From a virus, in the IMG/VR virus record IMGVR_UViG_3300021598_001271, positions 25,267 through 89,266 of that record: a stretch of 64,000 bases of DNA. The stretch is one strand, 5' to 3'. Under the pieces are notes generated by a model. That model did not search any database. It saw nothing but the letters and a program-made list of their open reading frames with translations, and was not told where the DNA came from. Shown piece by piece: positions 51,620-61,900 of this stretch; the stretch's first letter is position 1, and every line of letters begins with the position of its first letter. Position numbers and translations under genes: made by a program.

Positions 51620-52600
51620 TCAGTTCTTTGATTTTTGAATCAAAGACTTCATAATATCAACATATTTTATTGTTGAACTATTTTTATCAATATATTCAAA
51701 ATGGTTTATGTTCTCTTTTAATTTATCTAAAGGATTTATAATAATGTAGTCACCTTTATAAAATTTGGTATCTTTTAGGTTATCTGTGACACCCGCCATA
51801 TGTAATATTGGTTTTTTATTATAAATATCAATATTGTCAGTTGCCCAAGAAAAATCCAATTCTTTTATTATTTTAGTATCTTTTCCAAAACACCATAAGT
51901 TCCAAAGAACACTCCACATTTCCGCAGTCCAAAATTGTATCTCACCAGGACTTATTGGAAATCTTCTTTGGTAATCTATCATTTGGTCATACAATGTGGT
52001 TGAATCATTATATATCTTATACCATTGTTCTGATGTAGTATTTTTAATAATATATTGACCTCCTCCTGAATTATCTTGGTTACTCGCGACACAATCAATA
52101 TCAATCCCAACAACATCTACCATTTCTTGTAGTAATTGGTTTTCTTTAGAAATTGGATGGGCGTTCTCATATCTGCGACAACAATCAATAATATATGAGT
52201 ACGCAATATATCCCTTGGTGTCAGCTAAATAACAATAATCATCATCAAGTAATAAATCATAATTAGGTAGTTCTCTAAAGACAATATCCGCATCGTGAAG
52301 GAAAAAAACTTTACCATTTTCAGGAAATTGTTCTAACCATTTGTGAACTAAATAAGGTTTAATACTTGGTATATAATGTTTTTTATCTCTTTCATCATTA
52401 TAAAAATGGACATTATACCCTTTTTTAGTTAAACTTAAAGCGCCTTCAGATGGTTCAGTAGCTCCGTTAACCAAACCAAATATTATATGGATTTGAGATG
52501 GTTTAATACCCATTTCAGTAAAATTATGACCATATATCTCACATTGCCAATGAAAATAAGGTACGTCAGGTTGTGCGGTAACGTATAATAACTCAGACAT
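51620..52600 (-). CDS. Glycosyltransferase resembling plant HPAT/SGT1 (GT95/GT96)
   Basis: YFHWQ, YIPSIKPYLVHKWL, FLHDADIVF (DxD), GGQYII, WTAEMWS. Confidence 0.62.
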   Translation of the reverse strand: MSELLYVTAQPDVPYFHWQCEIYGHNFTEMGIKPSQIHIIFGLVNGATEPSEGALSLTKKGYNVHFYNDERDKKHYIPSIKPYLVHKWLEQFPENGKVFFLHDADIVFRELPNYDLLLDDDYCYLADTKGYIAYSYIIDCCRRYENAHPISKENQLLQEMVDVVGIDIDCVASNQDNSGGGQYIIKNTTSEQWYKIYNDSTTLYDQMIDYQRRFPISPGEIQFWTAEMWSVLWNLWCFGKDTKIIKELDFSWATDNIDIYNKKPILHMAGVTDNLKDTKFYKGDYIIINPLDKLKENINHFEYIDKNSSTIKYVDIMKSLIQKSKN

Positions 52601-52675
52601 ATAAATTTTTTAAAATAATAATAAGATTTTATTGTTTTTTATAAATAGGAAGATTATGGATATATTTATAATAGT

Positions 52676-52852
52676 ATGAAGTTAATTAAAACGATACACA
52701 AATTAGTCGAGGAAGCAGAGAGAGATTATTATTCTGCGTGTGAAAGATGTGCAGATGAAAGAACCATCAAAAGACTTGAAAAAAATTATATGGACACTTT
52801 AGAGTTAATGAAAAAACTAAATAAATTAGAAGATAACTCTAACAAGAAGTAA
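52676..52852 (+). CDS. Small protein (58 aa, not in ORF track)
   Basis: MKLIKTIHKLVEEAERDYYSACERC...; TATTTAT 6 nt upstream. Confidence 0.6.
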   Translation: MKLIKTIHKLVEEAERDYYSACERCADERTIKRLEKNYMDTLELMKKLNKLEDNSNKK

Positions 52853-52943
52853 TACTTTCCATTGATTTAATCCCCCATTTTACGTATTATTGTTCGTAAA
52901 ACCTATTAGGTTTTTATAATCCATATATTAAGCTAAACGAACA

Positions 52944-55900
52944 ATGAATAACGGTCATTATGATTTTATCGAAATCGGTACCTCAGATTTTGACACATTA
53001 ATTGAATTGTCCGATGATAACACTGTTGGTCTAAGTATTGAACCAATAAGATATTATTTGGATAGATTACCAAATAAAAAAAATGTAAAAAAATTACAGG
53101 TTGCCATCTCTGATAACGATGGTCATCTTGATATCTACTATATCCCCGATGATAAAATACAAGAACACTCTTTACCTTGGTGGGTTAGAGGTAGTAATAG
53201 TATTAACAACCCTCATCCTTTTACAATTAAAGAAATCGGTGAAGAATTATATAACTCTATAGTAACAATAGACAGAGTACCCACAATTTCTTGGGATACT
53301 TTAGTTAAACAAGAAAACATTCAATCTATTGATTATTTAAAAATTGATACTGAAGGTTTTGACCACGTCATTTTAAAAGATTATTTAAAAACTTGTGAAA
53401 CTAATCCAAAATTATTAGCAAATAAAATAAAATTTGAGTGTCATAAGGAAGTTTCAAATTTAGAGGAGATTGAAAAATTAATTCCTAAGTTTAAAAATTA
53501 CTTTATTGAAAGACACGAAAGTGATATTACTCTAACAAAAGTTAAAATACCTAGAATAATTCATCAGACTTTTAAGAGTGAAAACTTACCTGAAGAATTA
53601 AAAGGATGGGTTGAGGAATTAAAGAGTCGTAACCCTGAATTTGAATATAGATTCTATAATGATGAAGATTGTATTAATTTTATCAAAGATAATTACGATG
53701 AGGAAACTCTTAACGAATATCTTTCAATTAACCCTTCTTACGGTTCTTGTAGAGCAGACTACTTTAGATACCTATTAATGTATAAAGTTGGTGGTGTTTA
53801 TTTAGACATTAAAAGTTTTGCAAACACACCTTTAAAATATATTATTAAACCTACCGATGAATATATCTTAACTCATTGGGAAGGTAGGGATTGGTCAGAG
53901 GAGTTAAACTACTATCACGGAGAATTCCAAAACTGGCAAATTATAAGTGCACCTGGTCATCCATTTTTAAAAAAGACTATTGAGATAGTTAAGGAAAACA
54001 TCAAAAACTATAAAGGTGAGATGGGTAAACAATCTGTATTACGTTTAACAGGACCTATTGTTTATAGTAAAGCAATCCTATCATTATTAGATAAACATAA
54101 AATAGACTCACCTGACTCTCCTGTAAGAGAATTTAAAATCTCAGAAGAGTTAGGTATGACTTATAGAATATCCCTTAAACATCAACATTTAATATACGGC
54201 CATAATGCAAGTGAAGATGAACCAATTATCCTGAAAAAAACAAAGGATAAAAAAGCATATGTATTATATGCAACAGATTCATATTTGGATGTCGTAACTT
54301 CTTGTGCAAAATCAATACGAGAATTTAGTGACTTACCAATTTATGTGTATATGTTAAATTCTGTTTCAGTTGTAGATGTTCCTAATACAAAAACAATACA
54401 ATGGTATTGTAAAATAAATTCAGATAACAATCTATATAAAAAATCGGGAGATAACTTTTTTATAGATAGAGGTAATCGAACAATTTATGACATATTAATT
54501 CAACGTCCATTAATCACTAAAAATGTGTTAGAGAATTATGTTGAGACGGTTGCTTATGTTGACAGTGATTCAATTGCAACCCCATATGTTGATAGAATTT
54601 TCGATATGTACGACAATACCTCAACATTCCCTTACTTTGTTGAGGGGATATACGACTACTTACATATAGATGGTAGAGGAGGTGCTGATAGTAGAGATGA
54701 TTTAAGCACAACTTTAGAACATCCTGCTTGTGAACTATTTAATGTTGACCAATATGTTAGACAAGAATATCGTCAAACAGGTTATTATGTTGCAGGACAA
54801 AATACCATAGATTTCTTAGACGAATGGTATTGGATGTGTATTAACCCAAAAGTTTTAAACGACTTTAAGTTATATGCTCCTTATCACGAAGAAACCATTG
54901 TTAACATATTATTGTGGAAGAATAAAATTTTTAAAGGATTACCTTATTGTTATATTAATGGTAGTTCTGATATGGTTGATAGAGTTTATAATGAATTTAA
55001 TTTTAATGGTGTTTCTAATCATATTTCAAATTGGGTTAGAACTCCTTCAAATTTAAATGATTTATTATTTTATCACGGAGAGAAAAGAATAAACGTTATG
55101 AATGAAATGATAGACAAAATCAAATCATATAATAACGTACCTAAAAAATTAAAAGTTTTATTCTTAGCACCACACCTTTCAACAGGTGGTATGCCATCAT
55201 TCTTACTGAAAAGAATCGAGTCATTACAAAAATATTCAGACCTACTTGAATTGTTTGTAGTTGAGTATTCAAACCATTCTGACTATTACGTAGTTCAAAA
55301 AAATATGATTAAGGAAATTATTCCTAGTTCTAACTTTTGGACCCTTGGTAGTGATAAAACAGAATTACTAAAGATTATTAAGAATAACAATATTGATATC
55401 ATTCATATCGATGACGTTATTGAGGAATTAGACATTTATAACCCAATACCTAAAGAACTACTTGAAGGTCTATATTCAAAAGATAGAACTTGGAGAATTG
55501 TTGAGACTTGTCATAACGTATCATTTAGACCTGATTTGTCTAAAATGTTACATCCTGAGGCTTACGCTTACTGTACACCATATCACGAACAAGTAACATT
55601 TAAAGAGTTACCTTCATACGGTGAAACAATGTTATTTCCAATAGAGTACAATCCTATCACCAATGAAGAAAAACTAAACGCAAAACAACAATTAGGATTT
55701 GACTTAAATAAAGTACACGTAGTTAATGTTGGCCTTTGGACTAGAGGTAAAAACCAAGGAGAAGGTGTTGAATTAGCAAAATCATTAATTAATTCAAACC
55801 CTGAAATACATTTTCATTTTGTTGGTAATCAAGCACCTAATTTTGAAGAGTATTGGTCCCCTATTATGAAATCAATTCCTAAAAACGTAACAGTTTGGGG

Positions 55901-57308
55901 TGAGAGGTCGGACGCTAAAACATTTATGATGGCTGCAGATGTTTTTATGTTTAATTCAACTTGGGAATGTAATCCTTTAGTATTAAGGGAAGCGGCTTCA
56001 TATGGATTAAAAATATTATCAAGAAATTTACCTCAATATATGGATATGTTTACACCATATATAACTGAGATTGATGAAAATATAAAATCAACTAAAGATA
56101 AGTTACTTAATCTAATTAAATCAAACATTAGTTATAAAATTCCACAAGGCGAATTTGAGTCTTTTGGTGAACAATATTTTAACTTCTATAATAAAGTAAA
56201 AACTTTAGAAATTAAAAAACAAAAAGTATCAAACATTAATACTCAAATTATTCAACATTATGTGAATCAACCTTATTTTGAAATTAAAGGTAGTTCAGAT
56301 AAAATTTTTAACGTTAAATTCTTTGATGAGATAAATTATTGTCATTATGAAAATAATTTACCCGCAAATCATTGGGTCAAATTAAATAGACAATATTTTA
56401 CTAAATGGAGAACTGAGGTTTGGGAAGATAACGAATTAATTTATAATAACACTTTAGACTTTACAGGTAAGAGAGTTTACATCGCATTAGACAGTAAATC
56501 TTTAGGTGATTCAATATCTTGGATGCCGTACATTTTAGAGTTTAAAAATAAGCACAATTGTCATTTAATTGTTTCAACATTTTGGAATAAATTATTTAAA
56601 AAATCTTACCCTGAACTTGAATTTGTAGAACCAGGTGTTACGGTAAATAATTTAAATGGTATGTATAAATTAGGATGGTTTTATAATTCAGATTACGAAC
56701 CTGAAATACCTAACACAATACCATTACAAAAAACCGCAACAAATATTTTAGGATTAGAGTTTAAGGAAATTTTACCTAAAATTGATTTTACACCAAAATC
56801 CAATCCTTTTAAAGAAAAATATGTTACAATTGCAAATGAATCTACATCAGGATTAAAGTATTGGAATAATCCAAACGGATGGCAAGAATTAGTTAATTAC
56901 TTAGTAGATAAGGGATACAGAGTAATCAATGTATCTAAAAATGGTGACACATTAAAAAATGTTACAAAATTAAAAGACACTTCAATCGAAAATACAATGA
57001 ATGTGATTCATCATAGTGAATTTTTCATAGGTTTATCAAGTGGGTTGTCTTGGTTATCTTGGGGTATTGGTAAACACGTAGTTATGATTTCTAACTTTAC
57101 TGAACCTGACCACGAATTTACAATAAACTGCACAAGAATAACAAATCCATCAGTATGTAATGGTTGTTGGAACAACCCTAAATTCAAATTTGATAAGGGA
57201 GATTGGTATTGGTGTCCTGAACATAAGAACACCCCAAGACAATTTGAATGTCACAAATCAATTACATCTGAAATGGTTATAAATTCAATACAACACTTAA
57301 TAAAATGA
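52944..57308 (+). CDS. Five-domain glyco-enzyme: FkbM methyltransferase, GT32, GT-A, GT4, TibC/Aah-like heptosyltransferase
   Basis: FIEIG...LKIDTEG; KIPRIIHQT...RADYFRY...GGVYLD; YVDSD; LAPHLSTGG...KNQ...ECNPLVLREA; LGDSISW...FIGLSSGLSWL...CNGCW...WCP...FEC. Confidence 0.85.
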   Translation: MNNGHYDFIEIGTSDFDTLIELSDDNTVGLSIEPIRYYLDRLPNKKNVKKLQVAISDNDGHLDIYYIPDDKIQEHSLPWWVRGSNSINNPHPFTIKEIGEELYNSIVTIDRVPTISWDTLVKQENIQSIDYLKIDTEGFDHVILKDYLKTCETNPKLLANKIKFECHKEVSNLEEIEKLIPKFKNYFIERHESDITLTKVKIPRIIHQTFKSENLPEELKGWVEELKSRNPEFEYRFYNDEDCINFIKDNYDEETLNEYLSINPSYGSCRADYFRYLLMYKVGGVYLDIKSFANTPLKYIIKPTDEYILTHWEGRDWSEELNYYHGEFQNWQIISAPGHPFLKKTIEIVKENIKNYKGEMGKQSVLRLTGPIVYSKAILSLLDKHKIDSPDSPVREFKISEELGMTYRISLKHQHLIYGHNASEDEPIILKKTKDKKAYVLYATDSYLDVVTSCAKSIREFSDLPIYVYMLNSVSVVDVPNTKTIQWYCKINSDNNLYKKSGDNFFIDRGNRTIYDILIQRPLITKNVLENYVETVAYVDSDSIATPYVDRIFDMYDNTSTFPYFVEGIYDYLHIDGRGGADSRDDLSTTLEHPACELFNVDQYVRQEYRQTGYYVAGQNTIDFLDEWYWMCINPKVLNDFKLYAPYHEETIVNILLWKNKIFKGLPYCYINGSSDMVDRVYNEFNFNGVSNHISNWVRTPSNLNDLLFYHGEKRINVMNEMIDKIKSYNNVPKKLKVLFLAPHLSTGGMPSFLLKRIESLQKYSDLLELFVVEYSNHSDYYVVQKNMIKEIIPSSNFWTLGSDKTELLKIIKNNNIDIIHIDDVIEELDIYNPIPKELLEGLYSKDRTWRIVETCHNVSFRPDLSKMLHPEAYAYCTPYHEQVTFKELPSYGETMLFPIEYNPITNEEKLNAKQQLGFDLNKVHVVNVGLWTRGKNQGEGVELAKSLINSNPEIHFHFVGNQAPNFEEYWSPIMKSIPKNVTVWGERSDAKTFMMAADVFMFNSTWECNPLVLREAASYGLKILSRNLPQYMDMFTPYITEIDENIKSTKDKLLNLIKSNISYKIPQGEFESFGEQYFNFYNKVKTLEIKKQKVSNINTQIIQHYVNQPYFEIKGSSDKIFNVKFFDEINYCHYENNLPANHWVKLNRQYFTKWRTEVWEDNELIYNNTLDFTGKRVYIALDSKSLGDSISWMPYILEFKNKHNCHLIVSTFWNKLFKKSYPELEFVEPGVTVNNLNGMYKLGWFYNSDYEPEIPNTIPLQKTATNILGLEFKEILPKIDFTPKSNPFKEKYVTIANESTSGLKYWNNPNGWQELVNYLVDKGYRVINVSKNGDTLKNVTKLKDTSIENTMNVIHHSEFFIGLSSGLSWLSWGIGKHVVMISNFTEPDHEFTINCTRITNPSVCNGCWNNPKFKFDKGDWYWCPEHKNTPRQFECHKSITSEMVINSIQHLIK

Positions 57309-57982
57309 ACTTAGAAAATTTTAACTGGGGATGGATGAATAATTCCGAAGAAGGATTGGTTCACAAACATCACATAACGTTTGAAACGTTTGAACATAAA
57401 ATGTATGAAAAGGTATTTGAGGTAGAAGAAGGTGACATCGTATTAGATATCGGTGCCAGTGTAGGTTCATTTACTTATTCAATACTTGATAAAAACCCTA
57501 AACACGTATATTGTGTAGAACCTAGTGAATTGGAGTTTCCAACGTTAATTTCAAACACAATAGGTTATCCTGTCACCCCAATTTTAAAAGGTATTTCAAA
57601 TACTAACACATATGTTGATGTAGAACATCTATATGATAATAAATCAAAGATGGAAGGTATGACTTTTAAACGGTTAGTGGAATTATATAACTTAGAAAAA
57701 ATAGATTTCCTTAAAACGGATTGTGAGGGCGGAGAATATGATATTTTCAATGATGAAAACATTGATTATATTAAAAATAATATAAAAAAAATAGTAGGTG
57801 AATGGCATTTAGGAAGTCCTGAACTTAAAGAAAAGTTTAGAAATTTTAGAGACAAATATCTCTCACAATTCAATAATATTGAGGTCTATTCTGTAGATGA
57901 TTTTAACATTAAATGGGATTTATGGAATGACCACTTTATTGAATACTATGGTGAAGTATTAATTTATATAGATAATCGTTAA
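57305..57982 (+). CDS. FkbM-family methyltransferase
   Basis: VLDIGASVG, CVEP, IDFLKTDCEGGE. Confidence 0.9.
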   Translation: MNLENFNWGWMNNSEEGLVHKHHITFETFEHKMYEKVFEVEEGDIVLDIGASVGSFTYSILDKNPKHVYCVEPSELEFPTLISNTIGYPVTPILKGISNTNTYVDVEHLYDNKSKMEGMTFKRLVELYNLEKIDFLKTDCEGGEYDIFNDENIDYIKNNIKKIVGEWHLGSPELKEKFRNFRDKYLSQFNNIEVYSVDDFNIKWDLWNDHFIEYYGEVLIYIDNR

Positions 57983-57984
57983 TT

Positions 57985-58356
57985 ATGAAAATAGAAGTAT
58001 CAATTGGTGAGATAGTAGATAAACTATCAATACTCAGAATTAAAAAGAATAATATCTCAGATTCTGAAAAATTAAAAAATGTCACGACTGAATATGATTA
58101 TTTATATTCAATTGTTTTTGACGAATTAAAAATAGAAGAAAGTGATTTTTATAACTTAGTTTTAATTAATGAAAAACTTTGGGATATTGAAGATAAATTA
58201 AGGGATAAAGAAAGAGATAAGTCTTTTGATAATGATTTCATAGAATTAGCTCGTTCTGTATACTTTACCAATGATAAAAGAGCCGAAATAAAAAAAGATA
58301 TTAACTTAAAATACGGTTCTTTATTTGTTGAAGAAAAATCATACAAAGAATATTAA
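57985..58356 (+). CDS. DUF6165-like protein
   Basis: VSIGEIVDKLSIL.IK...INEKLWDIED...FIELARSVY..ND.R..IK...EEKSY. Confidence 0.8.
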   Translation: MKIEVSIGEIVDKLSILRIKKNNISDSEKLKNVTTEYDYLYSIVFDELKIEESDFYNLVLINEKLWDIEDKLRDKERDKSFDNDFIELARSVYFTNDKRAEIKKDINLKYGSLFVEEKSYKEY

Positions 58357-58357
58357 T

Positions 58358-58942
58358 ATGAATTTTACAAAACCTAATAACGACCCTCAAAACTATTATT
58401 GGTGGAGTGAGGGATTTTCTCAAGATGAATTAAGAAAGATTTATTCAGATTTAGAATCAATTCCTTTTCAACAAGCAACAACAATTGGTGCAAGTGAGGA
58501 TGATACAATTAAAGAAATACGAAGTTCATCAATTAAATGGATTCCAAAAACACAAGAGTGGAATTGGTTGTATGAAAAATTAATGAATATGGCGGTAGAA
58601 GCTAATTCTATATGGAATTTTGATTTAATATCCGCAGATGAATTAATTCAATACACTGAATATTATGACGTAGAAGGTGGTCACTATGATTGGCACCAAG
58701 ATATAGGTCCTGGTGACGCCTCTAAAAGAAAAGTTTCAATAACGGTACAATTATCAGAATCAGATGAATATGATGGCGGTGATTTAGAAATTTGGCAAGG
58801 AGGTAAATCATATATAACTGCTCAAAGAGGAGCGGGAGTTGTATTTGTGTTCCCGAGTTATATGATGCACAGAGTAACAAAAGTTACTAAAGGTACTCGA
58901 AGGAGTTTTGTCTTATGGGTAGGTGGTAGTCACTACAAATAA
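58358..58942 (+). CDS. 2OG-Fe(II) oxygenase (PKHD/prolyl-4-hydroxylase-like)
   Basis: HYDWHQD (HxD), YDGGDL, FPS..MHRV, GTRRS; start ATG 58358. Confidence 0.9.
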   Translation: MNFTKPNNDPQNYYWWSEGFSQDELRKIYSDLESIPFQQATTIGASEDDTIKEIRSSSIKWIPKTQEWNWLYEKLMNMAVEANSIWNFDLISADELIQYTEYYDVEGGHYDWHQDIGPGDASKRKVSITVQLSESDEYDGGDLEIWQGGKSYITAQRGAGVVFVFPSYMMHRVTKVTKGTRRSFVLWVGGSHYK

Positions 58943-58975
58943 AAAAGGGAGATTAATTAAAATCTCCCTTTTTTA
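58942..58975. terminator. Bidirectional intrinsic terminator
   Basis: aaaaagggagatt...aatctcccttttt between convergent genes. Confidence 0.8.
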
Positions 58976-58979
58976 TGTC

Positions 58980-61900
58980 TTATGAGGTACAACCTCTTGT
59001 TACTTTAAATGTGTAACTAAATTTAACCGTACCTCCAATACTTAAATTAGTCGTATTAAATCCTAATACAAATAATGTATCACAAGGTTCTAATGTATCT
59101 CCAATAGTGTATGATGTGTTGAAACAAACGACACCAGTTGCATTACTAAAAGCTTCTGAAGTATCCGCTAAATGTGTCACAGTTACAGGGTCAATACTTG
59201 CTGCGTCCGCACAACTAAATCGACCTATAGCACAACCGAATAGATTACTCGAATCGGCCCCTGTACATTGAGCAATACCACAAACTTCTATTACATCACC
59301 ATTATAAAGGTACCAAGGACAAGGTATTCCTACGTTAACGTATTGAGCATCAATTGGGTCTGTTTTTTCTCTAGCAAGTGCCGTTGGGATGTTTAAAGTA
59401 CAAGAGTCCCATCCGCAAGTTCTATCCCCAACCCAATAAACAACACTATTTTGATTAGGTTCTTCTTCAAAAGCTCCTGAGTGTGACGCAATAACCCATT
59501 TTTGACCAAGAGTAACATTAGCCTGACCTCCACCTGCGTCGGTAACATTAACACAAGTTCCTACAAAGTTAACAGATGTCGCAGTACCAACTACGGTAGT
59601 ACCTTCATCTTTAATCGAGATGGAGCCACCTCCACCACCGCCTGATGTACCAGATGTTCCTGATGTACCTGTAGGTCCTGGAGGTCCTGGAGGTCCTACT
59701 ATGGTTGCTCCTGATGTACCACTTGTACCTGATGTACCGTTAGAACCTGGTGTTCCATTAGTACCTGGTGTACCGTTAACCCCCGATGTTCCTGAAGTTC
59801 CTCTTGTACCTGAAGTTCCGCTTGTTCCCGACGTACCCGAAGTTCCTGGAGTACCAGGACCACCATTAACACCTGAAGTACCTGATGTTCCACTTGTACC
59901 TGATGTACCTGGAGTACCAGGACCACCATTAACACCCGAAGTTCCCGAAGTTCCTCTTGTGCCTGATGTACCCGAAGTTCCACTTGTACCTGATGTACCT
60001 GGAGTACCAGGTCCACCATTAACACCTGATGTACCACTTGTACCTGAAGTTCCACTTGTTCCTGGAGTTCCTGGACTACCATTAGCACCTGATGTACCAC
60101 TTGTACCTGAAGTACCATTAACTCCCGATGTTCCTGAAGTTCCACTTGTTCCTGGAGTTCCTGGACTACCATTAGCACCTGATGTACCACTTGTACCTGA
60201 CGTACCGTTTACACCTGAAGTACCGCTTGTACCTGATGTTCCTGGAGTACCAGGAGTACCATTAATACCTGACGTACCTGATGTTCCTCTTGTACCCGAA
60301 GTTCCTGAAGTTCCTGAAGTTCCGCTAGTACCATTAACTCCTGAAGTTCCACTTGTCCCTGATGTACCGTTTACACCCGATGTTCCTGAAGTTCCACTTG
60401 TACCATTAACTCCTGAAGTACCGCTAGTACCTGACGTACCTGGAGTACCAGGAGTTCCATTAATACCTGAAGTTCCTGAAGTACCTCTTGTTCCTGAAGT
60501 TCCGCTAGTACCTGATGTACCGTTGATACCTGAAGTTCCGCTAGTTCCTGAAGTTCCGCTTGTTCCTGAAGCTCCGTCAACACCACTAGTACCTGAAGTT
60601 CCACTTGTTCCATTCACTCCTGAAGTACCACTAGTACCTGAAGTTCCGTTGATACCTGATGTTCCTGAAGTTCCACTTGTACCATTAACTCCTGAAGTAC
60701 CGCTAGTACCTGATGTACCATTTACTCCTGAAGTTCCTGAAGTACCTCTTGTTCCTGATGTACCACTTGTACCACTTGTTCCACTTGTTCCATTAACACC
60801 TGATGTTCCAGACGTGCCCGTAGTTCCTGATGTTCCACTTGTTCCATTGACTCCTGAAGTACCACTAGTTCCTGATGTACCATTAACCCCTGAAGTTCCT
60901 GATGTTCCATTAACTCCTGATGTTCCACTAGTTCCTGTTGTACCGCTAGTACCCGAAGTTCCGTTGATACCTGATGTTCCTGAGGTTCCGCTAGTACCAT
61001 TCACTCCACTTGTACCTGAAGTACCTGTTGTACCACTAGTTCCTGAAGTACCATTTACTCCTGAAGTTCCTGAAGTTCCATTTACTCCTGATGTTCCTGA
61101 AGTACCTCTTGTTCCTGATGTACCACTTGTACCTGATGTACCACTTGTTCCTGAAGTTCCGTTAACGCCTGATGTTCCTGATGTACCGTTTACCCCCGAT
61201 GTTCCACTTGTACCAGAAGTACCCGAAGCTCCGTCAACACCACTAGTACCTGAAGTTCCACTTGTTCCATTTACACCGCTAGTACCTGAAGTACCTGTTG
61301 TTCCTGATGTACCTGAAGTTCCATTTATACCACTAGTACCTGATGTTCCTGTAGTACCTGAAGTTCCACTTGTTCCGTTAACACCTGAAGTTCCTGATGT
61401 TCCTCTTGTTCCTGATGTTCCGCTCGTTCCTGAAGTACCACTAGTTCCGTTAACACCTGAAGTTCCTGAGGTACCTGTTGTTCCTGAGGTACCTGAAGTT
61501 CCGTTGATACCTGAAGTTCCACTTGTACCTGTTGTACCACTAGTTCCTGACGTACCGTTAACTCCTGATGTGCCTGAAGTTCCAGTGGTTCCTGATGTTC
61601 CACTTGTTCCGTTTATACCACTTGTACCTGAAGTACCCGTAGTTCCGCTTGTTCCTGAAGTTCCGTTGATACCTGATGTGCCTGATGTTCCACTTGTTCC
61701 ATTTACACCGCTAGTACCTGACGTACCTGTAGTTCCAGATGTACCTGAAGTTCCATTAACACCTGATGTTCCTGACGTACCTCTTGTACCTGAGGTACCA
61801 CTAGTTCCTGAAGTTCCTGTCGTACCACTAGTTCCTGAAGTTCCATTAATTCCAGACGTACCTGACGTCCCTGTAGTTCCTGAAGTTCCACTTGTTCCAT

